Of a stretch of 64,000 bases of DNA, positions 26,401-41,400 are shown piece after piece. The DNA lies in NCBI GenBank assembly GCA_002633005.1, contig NMRA01000133.1, forward strand, positions 195,886-259,885, given 5' to 3'. The DNA comes from Phoronis australis (taxonomy: Eukaryota; Animalia; Phoronida). The first letter of the stretch is position 1; the number at the start of each line of letters is the position of its first letter. The position numbers and the translations under genes are program-made. The notes beneath the pieces were generated by a model. It was not told the origin of the DNA, made no database searches, and saw only the letters and a program-made list of their open reading frames with translations.

Positions 26401-29400
26401 TCAATTGCTAGTCATGAGATTCAAATTCTGATTTGCATCGCCTCGTTAGTGCATAGCCTAATTAAGGATTAAACATGTTAAGAGTCACATTCCTGAATTT
26501 TCAATAATTTCGTTTTTGACTGATCATGCTGTTACAGTAATACGTGCCAAAATTGTAATTTTCTATTTTCATTGGCTGAATACCTCGCAGCAAATTGTGG
26601 AAATATTACTAAATGTCATTTTATTACATCTATTCACTGCAAACTGGATTAATCACGGACTAAAGCTTATTCATCTTAACTTTTAAAAAATTTGACAAAA
26701 TGAAATTTTACTCAACCTTAATGTTGTGTACTGAATTGGCAGAAGGTTACCATATGTGCCCAACCTCTGATTTTTGAGTTTCTCAGTTTGAATGCCTTGG
26801 ACTTCACAGGAACAAACATGGCAGGTTTTACAAAAAGTGCTTCTTGGCAGGCCAATAGTATTATATGAATTACTCAAATCCCTTGACAATATTGAGTGCC
26901 ACCTATTTTGAGGCAGTGAAGTTTTTTGCCTGAAGGTTAAATGGATAATTGATGTACTTAGGTTGGGTTAAAACTGAGTTACTGTTTTGTTCATTCTGGT
27001 GTTCAAAAATGACCGACATGAACAGGTGTATTTTACCAATCTTTTTTGCTTATTCAAGTATTATAGACTTCAATACACTGAGCAACCTCCTTATCTCTTC
27101 CGCATCACCTTTGGGCTTTCATAACTGGCAAAATTTCTTCATCTTTTGCTGTGCAAATATACAGTTTGTTAGCTATGGGATCTCACCTGTAATCCTCAGA
27201 TTGTTTTTCACCTGTGCTGGCACTCGATAACTCTGTGTGTTTGCCAATGCACCTTTTTGAAATACAGGGGTCTATGTCTACCCGGACAAGTTAATCCCTG
27301 TCTTTATGCGACCGGTGTCGATAATTGGCAAATCGAGATAATGTTCTTTGTTACCACCGTCCCTTGCTGATATTTGTGTGTTTGACTCTTGGTAATTTTC
27401 ATTTGATAAGCTAGTCACTGTTGGCCGAGGTTCATGAAACGCTAGTGAATTTTCACTGACGTCCTATTGGTTACCCTGCTAACCAAGCATATCAGCTGAG
27501 TTTTTTTTAAACAAGTATGTTATAGAATGTGCTCGGGTAATGTTGGAAAATTGGAAAAAGCATTTCTTCCTCATGTGTCACGGCATTCGTTTTCCTCCAA
27601 ACGGTATTCGTTTGCACGTGTCCGTAATGTGTCATCGACTACACAGACTCTTCTGACGCCTGCGCATGTGTTTGCAGCATTCAAATGGAGTCAACAAATC
27701 TAATCCCCTATTCCATCTAATAACCCTAGCTCTCTGTTGTTTTCCAATACAAATTCACAGTTGCTGCCTCGTTTATTCCTAATGTATTGCACAAAGTCAT
27801 GCAACCTATAGCACACCTACGTTGTGGACATGTGACTTTCTCATTTAGAGGTGGTTCTTAATCTGGCTGATCTCAGCAGGGTCATTGGGGGCCAGATACT
27901 CCAACCATTAGGAGAGACATTTGTGTGTGATTTATCTTGAACGAGGAGAGTTCAGTAGTTGTAATTGATATAGTCACAGACTGGTATGATGTTATCTGGG
28001 GACATGGGCTAACAACTGGGATGGAAACAGCAGTGACACCTGGTGGATACTGCTTGGAACTGGGGAGTTTTTAGTGGGATGGGATGATTCAGGTGTTACT
28101 GTGTTAACATTTATTTTCAGAAAATAGATTTCTTTTTTGAAATATTTGCAATATTTATATCAATGCAACAGCTTTAAGTATCAGTTAACTGCGATGAGAA
28201 TTAAGCTAACATCCGTGATAAGATATTAGTGTTTTCCAAGGTTAACATTAAGGTGTCTCATCTTTGTCACTACTGTAATTTCCCAAGACTGTTAAATTAC
28301 CCCAGCTATCAATGTATTGATTACATGCATTTTATTCCTAAAATCCATGAAAGCATTGAGCTGCTTCAGGTCAATTCTACCTGTGTAGGCCTATATTTAT
28401 GTGAATTTCACCATTGGTACACACAGAGCAAGTGGTTTTGTCAAATGAGGTGGTTGAGCAGACCCCTTGGTCAAACTATTGTCCCCTTCTTCATAATCAT
28501 CCTCTTTAAAATCCATTGCAATTCATTCCAATGGCCCTCAGGCACATTTTTGGTTGGTTTTCTATTCAGACTGAAGTTGCCTGTTGTCAGCCTATTTGGT
28601 AACCCAGTCTGATAATGTTCACTATGCAGTCTATTTGTTTACCTATGGAGGACCCAAGGCTGTAGCTGAATAGTGCCTTAGAATAAATGAAACTACAAGT
28701 TCCTGAATCGCAGTTCTTGTTGCAGACATGAGAAATTCTACTCAAAACACAGTGCTTCTTTTTCACTTCTTTTGGCATTGAAATGGTATAAAATAGTACA
28801 TACATTCTGCTTTCTCTGGCACCTGTTTCAAGAATGAATTCGAATTTTACTTGGGCGAATTTGGCTTACTTGCTGTGGCATGAGTTTTAGCTTTTGAGAG
28901 ATAAGTTGATTTTTAGGCGAATGAGGACATTTTGGACTTAGGAACCATTGAACTAGTTCACTACATGTATTCCAACACCTAATGTTCAAACTCTCCACAG
29001 TATGGACATGGGTGGTCAAACATTTACATGAAATTTAAAATTCCTGTGGAGTTTGAATTTTTTTATGTGAACAGCAATATTTCACGAAACCTTACCTTTT
29101 AGCAATTCTATGTTCTCCAAAATAGTAAATGTAAACTTGATTTTAAGATGTCTTTGTGATACTGTTTTTAGGAGAAGGTGAAATTATCAACAAAATGTGA
29201 TTTCCTGATAACATATCACTTCCATGTTTTTATATCCTTCTTGGTCACTTTTGGTAATTTGCCACAGTCACACAAAGGTTTAGGATAAGTTTTACTATTG
29301 GAAATTTTTTTGCGGTATTTAATTTCATCTAAATGTCAGTTTATTGCATGTGTGTCATGGCTTTCCCAGTAAGAACATGAACAATGTCATGACATTGTTA

Positions 29401-32400
29401 TGCGCTCTCTATCAACACAAATAGATTAAATTGAATTCTTTTGTCAGAACGCTGTACTTATCACTGTCATCTATGCTTCCTAGCACTCTAGCAGGTGCTT
29501 GAGGAATTGAAATGTATTGCATGGAAATGTACATCGGTTGTAAAGAGGACATTTTAGTTGACAAGAATTTCATGCCAAGTTGTTAATGGCACCTCGAATT
29601 TTCATCTTGATGCAATAACTTCCCATGTTATCACCAGAGAGCCATTCATCGCAGATTCTAAATACCCTCTTTTGTAGATCCACTGAAGGATATTTAATAC
29701 TGGAGTACCAAGAGTAGGCATGCTTATAGGGCAACTGGCACTTTTTGTAGTATTTGAAACAATGTCCTGTTTGTTTTTGTCTGGAACCTTAACAATTTTC
29801 AAGAGGTCAGTCCAGTTTCAAGTTTAAGGGCAGGCTATGAGCTCTTCTGCTGGGTTGATTTAGTCAAAGGTTTCTGTCGTAAACAATCTGTGAAATGCCT
29901 TTGTCAGACCTGGTTAAATACAGCCTAGCTTTCAAAAATACCTTGTGGGATAGACTGGGCTCACATAATTGCAACACTAGCTAGTTCATTAAGGGCTGCT
30001 TTCAGGGTCTTCTCGTAATGTTTGAGTGGGTGACAATAGGTAAATGGTACATGCGAGTAACTTTGAACGGCCGTTTTTTGTTGCCAACTTCATTGTCACT
30101 GGTCGGGTAAGATTGTGGTGTTTGGTTTCAAGGTAATTTTAAATTAAGTAGACTCCAAGACTCTTGAACCCAATTCACCGATTTGGTCAAAGGATTGAAT
30201 GTGTTAGCGGTTTTGATCTTTGGCAATGTTACACCTTTTCTCAGTGTTGCCACGTGTAGAAAAGCCTTGGTATGAAACATTTCATTGTCATTGGAGTCAA
30301 ATTAATTTGGTTTTCAATAGCCCTGTGATGGACAATAAGCATATCAAAATTTAGTTGACAAACCGAAACATTTCTGCAGGATATCGGTCATTTCATTTTC
30401 TGTTTTCAATATTATTGCAATGTCGTGAGTTTATTTCAATCCGTAGGGTGTCAATTATTTGTTGCTAGACCGTGGGACTACCTATTAATTTTCTGTTGAA
30501 AAGGATTGAACAAGAAGAAATAATATCCAATAAATTTTTCAATTCTGTCAGTTATGTAGAAAATTCTCAAAATTCTCCCCTACAAAAGGACACTTAAACT
30601 TCTCTTGACCATTGGTGGACATGACCTATGGCCTCGACAGATGGCCAAAGCTCCCTGTATGGGGCTAGCTAATGACTGTGAAGAATCACAATGAGGCCAA
30701 TGAGGGCTTCATTGTACCTGCCTCCTTGTCTGATAATTCTGGCAAAGTAGAGCTTATTTTCCTCTGATAATGTTCTGACAAACAGAATCAGTGGCTGTGT
30801 CAAGTATAATTATCTTGTCATAGGTAGCCTAATTGAATTACTGGAGTTGGGGCAACTTGTAAATATATCTCCTAAAGTGGAGAGTGGACCAGCATGCATC
30901 TGCTGAAATGAATGAGTCACTGGTCTCTGCCTCTGGAAATTGTACTTGAAACTTAGAAAAAGATTGAGCGTGGAATTGCACAGTGCTCTACTCAGCTCTG
31001 CTCAGTTGCTTTAATACTTCAAAACAGGCCCTTAGTCCAAAAGTTGAAAAGCTGAAAAGCAGAGTCAGTGAACTAAAAGATATTGAACTTGCTTCAATTT
31101 TAAAATCATTCCCTTCTTTGGATTTGTTAACTACTCCATAAATTATATAGCTCTCAGAGGCCAATACACAATAACATGGCCTTATCTCTCAGTCTGGATT
31201 TCAATTACCAAAATTCTTTATGTATTTGATTATCAGCTTGACTACTGATGGCTTTATCTGTCTTCATTTGCCCACTTCATTTTAATGGAGTGTTCTCCCA
31301 CCCTGGAATTGACTTAATAATTAATTGAAAATATCTAGTGCCTACATGTGAGATCTCCTTATTTCAAAATATGATCACTTACCTGAACCTACCTACAAAT
31401 CATCACAAACATACGTAGAATTTCTGAAAATTATGTCCTTAGCAAACATTCAGCAATCCCTTTTTAATTTTGTTTCATGTCTAAATGTTTCTAAGGTAGA
31501 AATTACAGATGTTCTGTACCTTCTTCTGTATTGTAGCAATCTGGGTGGTGCATTGTGGAATAGTTGTCAGGCGTTCATGAACAACTGGTGACAAGCAGAT
31601 AACTTTTTGACATCATGTATTCTGATTTATGATTTGCATTGCAGGTGGTGAGAGTCTTCTTCAGTGCCTCGAGAATCTTTCCACTGGAAAAAATTTGCTA
31701 ATGCATTTTGAGGCATGCTGTTTTCAATGTTTTAACTTTCTCATAGCAATTGCTTTTTCAAACTGCTACTACCAAACACCATCTTACCATGGACTTTTTA
31801 TAGATAATCTATGATGTTACAGTGGACCTATGCTTTCAGTTATGGTGTGATCATGTGACAAGTGTCGTTTTCAAACACATTCTTTAAACCTCACCAAGTT
31901 ATATATGTTGTCATTGGATGGTTACGAGCTGACAACTGTCCCCGTAATGCCTTTCAAAAAAAACGACAACAGTACCTTAGATGAAGTCCCTTGGATTCTT
32001 CTTGCGAAGTCACCATGAACTACTGCACGAGTTTACTTAATGTCATTTTCTGAGTCTGTGTTACCATCGTTTATGTGTGTCCTGTTGTCAGAACAGGTGA
32101 ACAAATACCTAAAAGGCAGCAAAGTTCTAAATCAAGGCCCCAGGTAAACACAGTTAGGAGCAAAGAAAGACCAATGCCAGTTCAGTGAGTCTGTCTTTGT
32201 GTTGGTATTAACACAGTTCCATGTCTATTACATAGGCACCTGTGATTACAAAATACCCCTGTTAAATCCTATCAACATTCTTTGCACCTTTTTAAATGAC
32301 ATCTCACCTGTTTATTAAGGTATAAAGTCGCTCTGTCATTAGACTGTCTGTTCCTTTAAAGGAGCAACAAAGCCCACATCCATAAGAGCCAGTTTGGCTG

Positions 32401-35400
32401 CTTCAGGCTTTCATCATCGAAGTATTGACTGTTTGGTCTAAGTAAAAGAAATTGATGTTTGGACCATTGCTGTGGCATGTTGCATAAAATTTACAGCTAA
32501 TGTGAGAATTGGAGTTGTTGGTGTTACAGTTCTTTGTTTAGGTGTCATTGTTCAGAGGCGACTAAAGTATGAAGGCATGTTGAACTTGAGTGATCTCAAT
32601 GTACTCTTAAACAAATCCTTGGTACAGCAAGTGAAGAACATGAATTGGTGGTATCAGGAGGTCCCAATCACATTCTGTTGTCCTGTAAGAATGAAATGGC
32701 CACCAGTTTCAACTGCTTAGATATTGTCAGCCATGAATGAATTATCAGGCAAAATATCCAATTCTGCACCATAATGGAGAAATAAGCTTCAGGGTATTTG
32801 AGTGGAGGTCAGGAGCTGTTCCATTGTTTTGTAATGTTGCCCCTTGCTTATTTTCATTAAATTAGCACTTCATTAAACTAAGTCTCCTATTGGCGATTTC
32901 TTCAGATGCCAGTTAGAGATACTGCTATGGAATCTGGCATATTACTGCTACAGACATTACTTCCTGTTGTACAATTTGTGATTCATACGTGCTGGTTAAG
33001 GTTTTGGAGGGAGTCACCAGGCCACCAAACCTTGCAACATTGCTGCCTGTCTGAATTCTTCCATGCACTTGGATATATCCCCTTCGGCCATATTGTTGAG
33101 GACATCTGGTGTTCCACCAACAGACTTGAGCCTGTCAAGTCTGACCTACTCCATAAACACAGGCACCCATTAAGGACATGTCTGTCAACAGGGTCCCTCA
33201 TATGGACCTGAAATTACTGTGGTGTGACATAAGATTTCTTCTTGCCTTCCAAATGAGGCCTCTGTCTTTGTTTCAGCCATTGTGTGGACTGGGAGAAAAA
33301 TAGTAAACTCTCTTTCTTCTGATCAGATGGTAAAAGATGCACAAATTCACTTAATGAAATTGAAATAAAGAAGCGGGTGTGGGCTGTGGGGCTCTGAGAC
33401 TAATTAACTTTAATCTCCAAGTTACGTGTGTATTTTTGCTTGCTTGAAGTTGTGCTTTTGTGTGGCATACCAAATATGCAGAGTTGCTGCCATGGTCATT
33501 CTGGCCAAAGCGTTCGTCATCATTTCGCAGTATTTTGTCTACAGCACCTGTTATGCAGTTTTATAATTTAATACGGAACGTCATTGGTGGCGTGTTTGAA
33601 TAATTGCTCTTTCCATCAATGTCTGGCTGGTGTTGGTATTGCGGCAACCATGGGTGACCAACCTGACATCGCGGAAATTGCTATCCCATGAAAACAGCCA
33701 ATGAAATAACAAATGCCCGTCATTGAATTCTGATTAAAGCCAAACGGTTTGCAAGGTGATGATGTTTGTGCTGGGTGCACCAACTGATTGCGGTCACGTG
33801 TTCTAAGAAATTCCGCAAAAGATGGTTTCAATATGGTTAATGACTCTATTCGGTCACGTTCCCTCCACCAAGACCATCAACAAATATGCCGCCTATCTTT
33901 TAACACCCACTGACCATTGGTATTAGTCAACTTATTTTATGGATTTCACCTGGTGTTGGAGTCACTCATGGTCAAGATGGTGACCGCCATCCTTTGGTGT
34001 TAGTGATGGGATTACGTAAACCTATTGGTCATCTTCCTTTATGATCCCCCACTCCCCTCCATCAGAACATTTACATTAGGAAGGTGTTGAAAGATATATA
34101 GGACCAGTCTGTAGTGGACTCCCAACAAATGTTCTTAGTTCCTCTCAAGGGAACAAGGAATTGCAAACATCCAACAACATAACACAGTGGTGTAATGTGT
34201 ATAGTCAATTTTCTGGAAATATTTACATGGTTGCCGCAAAATCGTTTTATGATATTTTTGTTTGATTCGAACTGACATTACACTCAACTGATTGTAAATC
34301 GCAGAAACACAAATGGTAACCGAAAACGTACAAATAAAACGAAAAATATCGCTTTATTGCGGAAAAGGTAGTAAATCTGTAATCGGGCTTATTTTTATGG
34401 GGCCCATGCGGGTTTTAGATTAGTCACGGAATGCCTTGCTGTGATCATGTGTCTTTGTCTAGCCAATCATCATTCATCTTCGAGTAAAACTAGAGTTATT
34501 AAAGAGGGATCTATTTCCCAGAAACGTCAAAACAACCACAGTGACACAAAATTTAGGCATTTATTTGTTATCATACGGAATCCATTAAAGTGGTTGCCGC
34601 CACCAGATTTGGGTCGGACTCCCAAAGCATCACCTCATCTGTGAACCCAATGTTTACTTGAAATGCAAATAGTGACAATTTAAATTGTTGTTCGCCCTTT
34701 CTAGAGTTGCTCTCCAGACAATATGCCGGGGTTTTTTTGCTCTAGTTCATTGGCATTACCAACAGTAGTTCCTTGCAAGAAATCACAAGCTTGGTTGCGA
34801 AGCTACCATATTTGGTTTGCCTAAGATTTTTGTATGTGCGGTCCATTCTTTTTTCAGTTTCAACAATAATTTATACATCCGGATTTTTTCGAAAACCAAG
34901 ACCTGTTCATTTCCCTACCGCATGTTTGCAACCTGTCACCTAATTACCGACCTGTCATTTGCAATCCGTTGTTATACAACACATTTTTCGTCTTCCTCAA
35001 TGTGCGTCTGAGTATTGTGTAATCTTGACATAATTAATGAATTCCATTTGTTTGTCATCCGTTTGTATGGAAATATTTTCCTTGGCGGCCATTTGTGTCA
35101 CTGCGAGTTGCATCCCGAACAAGACGGTGAGACACAAGTAACTATCGAGACAAAAATCACCGTAGATTTTGTTATTGTTGTGATAGTCCTACACCTTCAA
35201 TTTAATACAACTTGATCCTGGTCAACTTGCCTCAGCACAAGTACATAGGCAGTCATCCGTATTGAAGTGGAAACTGAGCTATGCCCTCGTGTGACTTAGC
35301 TCATTTGAACTAATTCCTCCCACTGGATATGTGCGCAGTAATTTCTTATTATTATTTCTGCCTTGTACAAGTCGCAGTTTTGTTGTTTGGTCGCTAAGCT

Positions 35401-38400
35401 GCTGGCAGCAAGACGCCATTCACAGCTTCCAAAAGAAAGTGTGTTCTGGACTTATCTCCCCTGCTTGCAAGAAAAATGGCTTCTGATTTTTGACATAAAT
35501 CATGAGCATTTAAACTACATCACAAAAAAGTGAAAATAAGTTGTCTTTAAAAGTTAATGTCTGAGTCTGTCTTTATATATCATAGTTGTGGAGGCTTTGT
35601 CTTTGGGTGGTATTGTTCACTGATGATTTTGAACAGAAGAATCACTGTACATAGTCTTTTGTCCATTGAAAATCACAGTGACCTTGTCTGATTCTTTAGA
35701 GATGATGCCCAAGCTTGAGTCAGCAGATTATAACCCTAGACTTCTGGAGGCTAGCTAGTGACTCCTCTGTTAAAACACTGTAGAGCGCCAAACAAAAGAA
35801 ATCTTATTTTGGATTGTGTATAAATCCGTTACATGTCTGTAGTTCAAATCTCAACGGCACACATTTGGTCGAAATCAATTTCCAAGCAACGTTACAAGCT
35901 GCTTAGTCGTGAAAAAAGTCAATATTGGGTTGGCACAGGTCAAACAATCTTCTCCAAATCTGGGGGGTCCTGTTTGCTTTCATTTTACATATCAAATTGA
36001 TTGGACATGTTGCTTCCAAAGAAACTCTTGTGCGGTGTGGGAATCTTCAGTGATGAATTACAGCTCCGAGTCTATTCTACGTCTGAATACAACAGTCTTA
36101 TCAGGAAAAGATAGATGTTTTATAAATGTTCTTGTCAGATGAAGAAATTGATAAATGAATTTTGTCTCGGGTAAAGTGCAGTTGGCCCACTTCGGTTTGT
36201 CTGTTTTCTATATTTCGTTCCCCTTATCACTACCTATAAGTCTTGTCATGTTGGGCGTTTTCTGAACCTAATCTTTGAATACAACTCTGTTTTCTTCTGT
36301 TGATACTTTTAGGGCTACTAAGCAACAGTGTCTGCAGACTTACCTGTTATGAAATGATATGAGTGACCACTGCTGACAAATGTTTATCTCTAGAACTGGC
36401 AGGTTAAGCCTATTGTGAATTGGAATACCTAGATGTTTGTTTGTATGTAGACACAGCTTCCTGCTTTTTGAAATTTAAGAAGTTCTGTTTGTCGTGGACG
36501 TAGAAAAACACCTTAAGATCAAGTGCAACTAGTCTCTACAACGTTGTATGGAGTATTCATTACATGGCGCCACGGATTTATTTTCTTAAACTTGGACTGG
36601 GCTAACACTTATGCTAGGCTTCACACCCATAATTCATTTGGCCCAGACTTCTTGTAAGTGCCAGTGTGTCCTTGTGAGCGGATGTCTTATAAGAAGGTTA
36701 CCTCCAGATTGTAGGACTTCCCAAAAGGACCAGATATCCTGATTAGTTCTCCCAAGTTGAAGTTGGTGGTGTTTTTAAACAGAGTTATAAGTCTTTTATA
36801 CCCTGTTGCTTAACCAAGCCTTAAAGCTTCATCATTTTATACCTGAGATATTCAGAAGGTGTTCCTGTCAATCAGATCATTACTCATGGAAATAAATGTT
36901 ATCTGTTAAATCACTCGTGTCCAAGCGATCATTACTACTGATGTCTTCATTGGGTTGTTGTTGCCCAGTCATTGTTGATAAACCTATTTTACATTGTATG
37001 TCATTACACACATCTAAACACAATGTGAACAAAATGATGACATGTAAACAGGAAAAGATGTAATACACACAGGTGTGAACATTTTTGGAGAACTGAGAAA
37101 GAATGAGGACAAAGCAGGCAGTTATTAGTTCTATCAATGAGACTCCAGTTCTTGCCTTTGGCTATAGATTGTCAAATCATGTGGCCCTTGATCATCTCTC
37201 ATTCTCTCCTTTACATCTCAGCACACCTATGATCGAACCCATTGTTTAATTACAATGCATGTAATTAAAAAGAACAAACTAGACAATAAAGCTGGTTAAT
37301 TAAGATATTGGTTGAAAGATTATTGACAGCCGTGTAACAATGCAGCAGGAAGTTGAAAACTGTTCCAGTTAAACATGTGAATAATAGTTGGTGAATGGTC
37401 GACTGGAGACATTCTTGGTTTGTTTTGATTTCAAATCAACCCATGTCCAGCACCTGTGTGCGAAATATGTGGAGAGACAGGTGGGTTACCTGGTACCTGT
37501 TCTCCAACAACATACCTTCATTTGGGACACGGGGATACTATTTGACCCCCCAGACATGGCATTGGGTATTGTACTATAGGTGCCATAGCTCAGAACCTGG
37601 CGTGTTGAGAAGTGTTTGGTTTGTTACTATTGACTCCCCCTGGTGAATTTTGAGACATCTTAATCATATATATTTATGTTTTTTTTTTGAAATTCACGGA
37701 TTTTCAATGGATTGCTCTTGTCACATTTGATATAAAGAGGGATTATCAACTGTTCTTGTCCTGTTGTTGGGTTATTTTGTTTTCTCTGCAATCTTGAAAT
37801 CTTAAATACCATAAATTATAGTCACAACACACCGCTCATTAGAAATTTGAATTGCCCTTCAGTTGAAATCTACTGGACTGCCTGAGTGACAGAGTAAACA
37901 TGAAGTTTAAGGATTTGAACAAACATTTATTCACAAGGTTCTTTGTGAGGACGTTGAGTCAATGTCAACAAACTTGGGAGCAAGTTTTCAACTGACGCTT
38001 CCATCCCTTTAGTCTGGACCAGTAATTCCATTTAAGAAAACATGTGATGCACTTTTGAATAGGCACCGTTACGTAAAAGAGGAAACCACGCTTGTGGAGA
38101 CCAACAGTGAATTTTTCTGTGTGTACAATAATGACGAAAGTATGTACCGGATTGTTGTTTCTAAAATGGATGACCCGGAAATTACTTAGGTCATCAATGA
38201 AATAATGGTGTGACGTAAAACTAGTAACAATTTCGTTTCCTATTCTCGGGTTCTTGCATTGTAGCTGTGTGTACTGTGAGTAATAGGGTCGATAATGAAT
38301 TGAATTTACTTTATTTGAACTGTTTTAGGTCTCTGCGACAAACAAAGCGGTAATAGCCTTCTTACACGGTGCCACAAATTTCACTGTAATCACGAATTTA

Positions 38401-41400
38401 TCAGTTATCTAGCCATTTGATCCTATCTTTTGAATCCACGCACGATTATGATTTTAAAATCTTCATATCTTAGTTTGTGTTGTATGGTGTCTGCTTTAGG
38501 GTGGAATTTGCGGTGTTTTGGGTTTGAGAGTGCAAGTAATGTGTTCAGGGGGAGATAATTCAAACGTATTGATTGTGTGATGTGAGTGTGAGGTTTTGTA
38601 TGTTTTGAGTTTGAGAGTGCAAGTCATGTTTTCAGGGGGAGATAATATCAAGTAGATATTTAATTCTAAATGCTTCTTAGCACTAATTATAGATATACTT
38701 CTGCATTATATGCTGTGAGGGAGATTTTCTGTCTTGGGTTTGAGTGAACATGTGATTTTTTAGTCATGAAATGCTATCCCAATTGCATTTTACAGTGGTA
38801 TAATAAAAACAATGCTCCCATGTCATTGAAATTTTAGCAAAATGCACTTTACTGTTAAATGGCATGGTCAGAACTCTCACAAGCCTTGCTTTCTTTTTTA
38901 AGACCTCAAATAGAATTATTGTACGGTGTCACTACGAATTACAAGTAAATAAACTGCAATCTGTTCTTGGCTGCTTTTTCCTTTTTTCAAGATGTCTTAC
39001 CAAGACGTTGAAGCAAGATGTTTAATATAATTATGAGACTCAGTGTTTGCTAAATTCTTAATTTGACGTTGCAGGTGTCTGCCACCGATCCTGACTGCGG
39101 TGTCAATGCACAAGTCACTTATTCTATTGCGTCTAACCTTGGCTTTGAGTATCCACGCGAGTTCTACATAAAAAACCACACAGGGGACATCTGTGTACTG
39201 CACAGCTTAGACTTTGAGACAAAGGATGAATACGAGTTCATTGTTGTTGCCAAAGATCTCGGTAAGGATGTTATGAGTTTGTCTACCTCATTGTTGACCT
39301 AATTTCAGCTGAAAACATACTATAAACCATTAGTAAAATCTGACCAATTTTAGAGACAATATGGCAGACGAGTGAGATTTTGTTTTCTCATTTTTTATAT
39401 AAGATACGCAGCAGCAAATTACTGCTCCAACAATGTCAATGTTTAAACAGTTTAGGGTGGGAATCCACAGTAATGTTAGAAGACATTCAAAAGTGAAAAA
39501 AGCCAATTATTGGTAATTATTTTTGTATGAAATTGCTGAGATTTTTCCCTAAATAGTGATAACCAAGGAGAACTATGTTGTTGATCCTTACTAGGCCTTG
39601 TGAACGACATGTTACGAGTTACGTAACTCATAGAAACCACTTAAAACAACATATTTGGTTGTTATTGGAAATGAAAAGTTCACTGTTTTCAACAAGTCCG
39701 TATCAATGTTTTCTTTAATTTTAGATGGTCTTGACACGACAGCCAGTGTGAAAGTGAGGATTGTGGACATCAATGACAACCGTCCTGTCTTTTACCCCTC
39801 ACGGTACAGCGTGAATTTGCACGAGGATACCTCGCCTGGGGCCACTGTGGCGATCTTGTTCGCCACGGATGCAGACCAGGGTGTCAATAAACGTATCATT
39901 TACAGCATCGTGTCTGGCAATGCTGGCGGGTTCTTTACGATCGACGCTAATAATGGTGAGTTGTGGTAATACGGGTGTATTTTAAGAAGCCATGTTAGAA
40001 TTGGTAGTAGATGTTCAGATTTTGGGTCTTTTCAGAAACCTTTGATGTGTCTACCCTTGTAAAGGCTACTTTTGGTTTTTAAACCTTAAACAGTCTTTTG
40101 ATGATCATGCATTTTGAAGAGATTATTATCATCTCACTTTCTTCAGTTGTGATTACCATTTATGCAAATGAGATTGTCTGCCGCACAGGTCAGCTGTTGC
40201 TGCTACTTCAGAAGACCCTGTGGGATAGAATGCCTGGATAACCTTAAAATTCTCTGTCTTCGTGTTCAAAAAATCGTTTAAGCAAGTTAAATTGTCTACC
40301 ACAGAAGTCAGCCACTGCAGACCAACAGCTAAACAGCGTGCCCATGAATATGCTAGGCTGTCTTATTTTCATTTGAATCCTAGTTCATCAAATGTCGTTT
40401 ATGTAAATGATGTCGTCTGCTTCACAGGTCATCTATATCTGCTGAGAACTTTGCCATACAACGTGCCTTTACATGTACTGCAAGTGCAAGCAGCAGACGG
40501 AGGAGGGCTAGCATCTCTGCAGAATGCTGAAGTCAGGGTTAGTGTGATCAAGAGCAACCAGCAGGCGCCAGAGTTTGACCTCAGCCTGTACAAGTTCAGT
40601 GTTGCGGAAAATGTCACCACAGGCAAATCGGTTGGAACTGTTCGTGCGACCAGCACTGATTCTGGTGAGTCTCTAGTGGGATGGAGTTGTAGCTTGGTTT
40701 TATTTTTTCTTAGCTTGCAATGTTTAGTTGCAAGAAGTGTCAAATTTTCTTTACAATTACATTTTGAAGCTATGTTGTTATTTCGTGGCTAGGTGGTTGG
40801 CTGAGATTGTTCGTAACTAATAGCATGTTTCACGCAACAGCAACTGAGAGTCACCAGGCAGTCGAGATAAGACAGCCACACTAAACCTTACAGTTTGTTG
40901 AGTCATGAAGTAGTGAACATGAACATTCCGAACACAAAAAAACTTCTGAATTAAGTGTTTCAAACTTTTATTTCGTCAAACAACTATCTGACTCAGAACT
41001 TGACAACTAGCATGCGCACAGTTCTACTCTTGTCATGGGACTGTATTCATAAATTCAATCTATGCTGTAACCTCTGCAACACGTGAAGTTTCTACGTGTG
41101 CACGTTTGTTGCTCTGTTGTCATGTGAAAATAGCTGCAATTAAAGTAGAGCACTGCATGGTAACTGTTCGTCTGCGCGCTCCAATCAAATCAGCTCCAAC
41201 AAGACCGCAGGACATCACAGTACTGTTACTCTGCAATTTTGTAAATTTATTGGTCAAAGACTTATCTGAGAGCAACATAACCATTGCTTTGGAAAATCCA
41301 CTGTTATGATATTTTTACCACCATTTGGCGACAGCCACCAAATCCTATCACCATTTCCGCATTTCCACAAATACTCTTGGCACTAACTCATTACACCCCA

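Larger units (their letters stand above)
5493..39074 (+). other. 33,582-bp intron of dachsous
   Basis: GTAAGC...TTGCAG, phase 0, joining CFLR to VSATD inside one cadherin repeat; no long ORF within it. Confidence 0.9.
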
